Of a stretch of 32,000 nucleotides of DNA, positions 28,522 to 32,000 are shown piece by piece; within the stretch, counting starts at the first letter, position 1, and the number at the start of each line of letters is the position of its first letter. A program made the translations under genes and the position numbers. Below the pieces are notes generated by a model. That model made no database searches. It had not been told where the DNA came from and saw nothing but the letters and a program-made list of their open reading frames with translations. This DNA is from Candidatus Saccharimonadota bacterium (GTDB lineage Bacteria; Pseudomonadota; Gammaproteobacteria; Enterobacterales; Enterobacteriaceae): assembly GCF_000185985.2 (NCBI RefSeq), contig NC_014909.2, forward strand, positions 300,001 to 332,000, in the 5' to 3' direction.

Positions 28522-29105
28522 ATGAATGCTAAATCTGCTATATTTTTAGATCGAGATGGAACCATTAATATTAATAATAATTATATATCTCAAATTAATA
28601 ATTTTTTTTTATTGATAATGTTATAAAAACATTATTAGAATTGCAAGATATGGGGTTTATTTTAATTATAGTAACCAACCAGTCTGGAATTGCCCGAGGA
28701 TTTTTTACTGAAGAACAATTTTTGTATTTAACTAAATGGATGATTTCCTATTTGAAATCATATTTTATATACATTGATGCTGTTTATTATTGTCCGCATC
28801 ATGTGAAAGGAAAAGTTAAAAAATTTAAGCAGTTTTGTTGTTGTCGGAAACCTAATCCAGGCATGTTAATAAATGCAAAAAAATATTTTAATATCAATAT
28901 GAGTAAATCCTATATAATAGGAGATTCAAAATATGATATGTTTGCAGGGAAATCGGCTCAAGTAGGTACTACAGTATTAATACATAACAAATACAATACT
29001 AAAATAATACAAGAATTAGAATGGGGATCGAACCCAGATTATGTTATTGAGAGTTTAGAGTTTTTACCAGAAATAATAAAGTATCATGATAACAATGTTA
29101 TATAA
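28522..29105 (+). pseudogene. gmhB: D-glycero-beta-D-manno-heptose-1,7-bisphosphate 7-phosphatase GmhB, interrupted by a -1 nt frameshift in a T9 run
   Basis: Frame A from ATG 28522 reads MNAKSAIFLDRDGTININNNYISQINNFF and stops at TAA 28624-28626. Frame B from 28611 reads IDNVIKTLLELQDMGFILIIVTNQSGIARG ... YYCPHH...CCCRKPNPGM ... GDSKYD and runs to 29105. Joined, the two frames are colinear with E. coli GmhB (AIFLDRDGTIN...DNFEFIDGV...VVVTNQSGIARG...YYCPHH...CDCRKPHPGM). The track ORF (TTG 28641) lacks the DxDGT nucleophile motif. Confidence 0.85.
28602..28610 (+). repeat. T9 homopolymer at the gmhB frame junction
   Basis: I counted nine consecutive T (28602-28610) directly. Ten T (or seven) would restore a single reading frame giving NNFFFIDNV. 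Confidence 0.9.
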
Positions 29106-29298
29106 AAATGTTATTAAGATTTTAGTAAATATGCAATGAGTAATTAAATATGTAATTAATTTTAGTGATGATGTATTATATTTTTTAGTTTAAATAAAAT
29201 TTTAATGATGTTCATTAACCCCAGTTAATTTTCTTATTTGCTTAGATATTCGTCAAAAATATTTTATAAAAAATTATTATACTGATTGTATAGTACAA

Positions 29299-30660
29299 TT
29301 ACATTTTGTACATATTAATTTTTTTTTCCAAATAGTGAACATTAATATTTTTTCCTTTTATAAAAGATTCATCAGTTATAATCTTAAGATGTAACTCAAT
29401 ATTAGTTTTAATCCCTTCAATAATTAATTCCAATAAAGCGTTTTTCATACGAATTATAGCAATTTCACGTGTTTTTCCAAAAGAAATCAATTTTCCTATT
29501 AGTGAATCATAATAAGATGGAACTAAATATCCAGAGTAAATATGCGATTCCCAACGTATACCTAATCCACCAGGAGGATGAAATCGAGTAATGCGACCTG
29601 AGCTAGGAGTATATGTTTGAGAATCTTCGGCATTAATACGACATTCTATAGAATGTCCCATAGTATTAATTTCATTTTGAGTGATATTTAATGGATATCC
29701 AGAAGAAATTTCTAATTGTTTCTGAACTAAATCTATACCCGTAATCATTTCAGTAATTGGGTGTTCTACTTGAATGCGAGTATTCATTTCAATGAAGTAA
29801 AAATCATCATTTTCATATAGAAATTCAAATGTACCTACGCCTCTATATCCAATTTCACAACATACTTGGACACATCTTTCTCCCAAAAACATTCTCATTT
29901 CTGGAGTAATTCCTGATGCTGGGGTTTCTTCAATTACTTTTTGATGTCTTCTTTGTATGGAACAATCTCGTTCTGTTAAATAAATAGCATTTCCTTTACC
30001 GTCAGATAAAATTTGTACTTCTATATGTCTTGGATTTTCTAAATACCGTTCTATATAAATAGAATCATTATTAAATATTTTTTTTGATTCTGACTTTGCT
30101 AATTTTATAGCGTTTTGTAAATCATTTTTTTTTCTAACCACACACATTCCCAATCCCCCGGCTCCATATGCTGATTTAATAATAACCGGATAATTAATAT
30201 TGATATGATTGGAATTCATATAAGGAATATTATTTATTTTTTCATTTATTTTTAAATCTTGTCCTGGCACAGATTTTATTCCTACTTTTTTCATAATAGA
30301 AATAGCAGAAATTTTATTACTCATAAGACGCATGGTTTCAGAATTAGGTCCTATAAAAATAAATCCAGAACGTTCAACTTGTTCTGCAAAATCTGCATTT
30401 TCTGATAAAAATCCATAACCAGGGTGAATTCCTGTGGCTCCTGTTATTTCAGCGGCAGAAATAATAGCTGGAATATTTAAATAGCTATCGACTATAGAAG
30501 GGAGCCCTATACAAACAGTTTCATCAGATAATAGAACATGTTTTAGATCACGATCTATAGTAGAATGTACTGCTACTGTTTTAATTCCTAATTCCTTACA
30601 AGAACGTAAGATACGTAAAGCTATTTCACCTCTATTTGCAATAACAATTTTATTTAACAT
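29299..30660 (-). CDS. accC: Acetyl-CoA carboxylase biotin carboxylase subunit
   Basis: The 453-aa ORF begins [32 protein letters not shown]. It contains [20 protein letters not shown]-type ATP-grasp segments ([14 protein letters not shown]), [34 protein letters not shown] and YD.LIGKLI, as in E. coli AccC (449 aa). Confidence 0.96.
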   Translation of the reverse strand: MLNKIVIANRGEIALRILRSCKELGIKTVAVHSTIDRDLKHVLLSDETVCIGLPSIVDSYLNIPAIISAAEITGATGIHPGYGFLSENADFAEQVERSGFIFIGPNSETMRLMSNKISAISIMKKVGIKSVPGQDLKINEKINNIPYMNSNHININYPVIIKSAYGAGGLGMCVVRKKNDLQNAIKLAKSESKKIFNNDSIYIERYLENPRHIEVQILSDGKGNAIYLTERDCSIQRRHQKVIEETPASGITPEMRMFLGERCVQVCCEIGYRGVGTFEFLYENDDFYFIEMNTRIQVEHPITEMITGIDLVQKQLEISSGYPLNITQNEINTMGHSIECRINAEDSQTYTPSSGRITRFHPPGGLGIRWESHIYSGYLVPSYYDSLIGKLISFGKTREIAIIRMKNALLELIIEGIKTNIELHLKIITDESFIKGKNINVHYLEKKINMYKM

Positions 30661-30682
30661 ATTATATAATTTATTTTGTTTT

Positions 30683-31147
30683 TTATGTTATTTTTATTAT
30701 AAATAAGGGTTCTCCAAATTCTACTGGTTTTCCATCATCTATCAAAATAGATTGTATTATGCCTGATTTTTCAGACTGAATTTGATTCATAACTTTCATA
30801 GCTTCAATGATACATAATGTTTCTCCTATTTCAACTGATTTTCCAATGAATACAAATGGTTTATCATGTGGATAAGATGCAGTGTAAAATATACCTACCA
30901 TGGGGGATCGAACTATATATGTATCAATTGTGTCTAATAATTCATGTTGGTGATCTTTATTTATTGTTGTACTAGATAAAGCTTCTGTTTTTCTTTTTGT
31001 TGTGATGGGAACTAAAGAAGATTGTGACGATATTTTATATTCAGATCTAATAATACGTATTGTTTTTTTTCCTTCAATGATTTCTAATTTAGAGATACTG
31101 GATTCTTCTACTAATTCTACCAATTTTTTTATTTTACGAATATCCAT
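30683..31147 (-). CDS. accB: Biotin carboxyl carrier protein of acetyl-CoA carboxylase
   Basis: The 154-aa ORF begins [23 protein letters not shown] (E. coli [23 protein letters not shown]). It contains the SPMVG.FY and [12 protein letters not shown] biotinyl-lysine motifs and [12 protein letters not shown]. Confidence 0.95.
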   Translation of the reverse strand: MDIRKIKKLVELVEESSISKLEIIEGKKTIRIIRSEYKISSQSSLVPITTKRKTEALSSTTINKDHQHELLDTIDTYIVRSPMVGIFYTASYPHDKPFVFIGKSVEIGETLCIIEAMKVMNQIQSEKSGIIQSILIDDGKPVEFGEPLFIIKIT

Positions 31148-31188
31148 AATTATAAGCTACCGTTAAATGTGTATATTCACTATATTTA

Positions 31189-31629
31189 TTAATTTTTGGA
31201 TAAATATTGATGTGCCATGCGTAAAGACACATGATATCCCAATTCTCCAAAACCACAGATTACTCCAATAGCGATATCAGATAAATAGGAATGACTTCTA
31301 AATTTTTCTCTTTTGTATATATTAGAAAAATGAATTTCGATAAAAGCAATTTTTACTGATAATAATGCATCTCTTAATGCTATACTAGTATGAGTAAAAG
31401 CTGCAGGATTAATAATTATAAAATCTGTATTATTATAACTTTCATGTATACGGTTAATTAATTTATGCTCGGCATTAGATTGAAAATGATTTAAAATAAT
31501 TCCTAAAGAATCAGCAGTTTTATTTAAATCTGATATAATTGTAGACAAACGGTTATGTCCGTATAGATTTGTTTCTCTTATTCCTAGTAAATTTAAGTTT
31601 GGCCCATTTATTAATAGTAATTTAAACAT
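31189..31629 (-). CDS. aroQ: 3-dehydroquinate dehydratase, type II
   Basis: The 146-aa ORF contains [14 protein letters not shown]...[27 protein letters not shown] and E.H.SNI..RE.FR.HS, the type II DHQase signatures. An aroQ-accB-accC cluster is common in gammaproteobacteria, although E. coli K-12 does not have it. Confidence 0.92.
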   Translation of the reverse strand: MFKLLLINGPNLNLLGIRETNLYGHNRLSTIISDLNKTADSLGIILNHFQSNAEHKLINRIHESYNNTDFIIINPAAFTHTSIALRDALLSVKIAFIEIHFSNIYKREKFRSHSYLSDIAIGVICGFGELGYHVSLRMAHQYLSKN

Positions 31630-32000
31630 GTTATTCAGATTAAATCTCTTATAAAAGATAAACTAAATTGGTGTATGGTAACATAAAATTTATATAAAAA
31701 AAATATATGTTTTTGTGTTTTTGTGCATACTGTAGTAAATATGAATTTGAATTTAACATAGTAATATATTATTGAAATATGAATGTTTTAAGAATTAAAA
31801 ATTTGTGAACAAATAATAATGTTTATATTTTTAGAACTTTAATTTGTTTATAATAACAATAAGTTACAAATAAATATTGATATTAGTAATATCTTCAATC
31901 TTTTATTGATATAATATTTTTATAAAAATAAATACGGTGATATACAGGTAGAATGTATATAAAATTAGAATTTTTACCTGTTGAATTTGCTAAGAAAAGA

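Noticed and set aside
1-32000. Search for a novel system: CRISPR repeats, IS or transposase ends, integrase, phage genes, toxin-antitoxin pairs, orphan operons, and tRNA or rRNA genes.
   Set aside because: All sizeable ORFs are accounted for by core housekeeping families in conserved order. All spacers are 354 nt or shorter, nearly pure A/T, and lack regularly spaced repeats or cloverleaf-capable G/C content. Nothing supports an accessory or defence island.
31953-32000. An open frame starting at ATG 31953 (MYIKLEFLPVEFAKKR...) that runs off the window end, preceded by a TGaTATAAT extended -10-like motif at 31907-31915.
   Set aside because: Only 16 codons are visible and I cannot identify a family. 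The Shine-Dalgarno is weak (AGGT with only 3-nt spacing), and TATAAT-like motifs are ubiquitous here. It may be the start of a real gene but cannot be supported from this window.

Overview
This window is strongly AT-rich (roughly a quarter to a third G+C by eye, not computed) and gene-dense, with almost pure A/T spacers. That is the signature of a reduced-genome, Enterobacterales-derived insect endosymbiont. It keeps lipid A and outer-membrane biogenesis genes, so it resembles Blochmannia or Wigglesworthia rather than Buchnera, but the species cannot be fixed without a database search. The window is one conserved housekeeping block, largely colinear with the E. coli dapD-map / rpsB ... dnaE-accA-tilS / proS / gmhB region. 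Gene order is recB (partial, -), dapD (-), map (-), then rpsB tsf pyrH frr dxr uppS cdsA rseP bamA skp lpxD fabZ lpxA lpxB rnhB dnaE accA tilS (+), proS (-), gmhB (+, frameshifted), accC accB aroQ (-). Every ORF over 140 aa is confidently assignable to a well-known family. I found no CRISPR array, mobile element, tRNA or rRNA gene, toxin or defence gene, or orphan gene cluster, so I see no evidence for a novel multi-gene system. The points worth a second look are reductive-evolution signatures. (1) gmhB is split by a 1-nt deletion inside a T9 homopolymer and is a candidate for rescue by transcriptional slippage. (2) lpxD reads through its normal end, just after an A9 tract, across the whole lpxD-fabZ spacer and gains a hydrophobic tail. 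(3) The terminal Trp of bamA appears replaced by Gly-Asn-Leu through a 1-nt deletion. (4) A G/C-rich hairpin island sits in the 354-nt map/rpsB spacer and is a likely S2 autoregulatory leader. (5) Conserved functional motifs are eroded: the RNase HII GRG motif reads GCG, and the ProRS editing-domain loop and His are changed. (6) Several clean gene-loss scars and two synteny breakpoints are visible. All small antisense ORFs in the supplied track are rejected as AT-rich artefacts.
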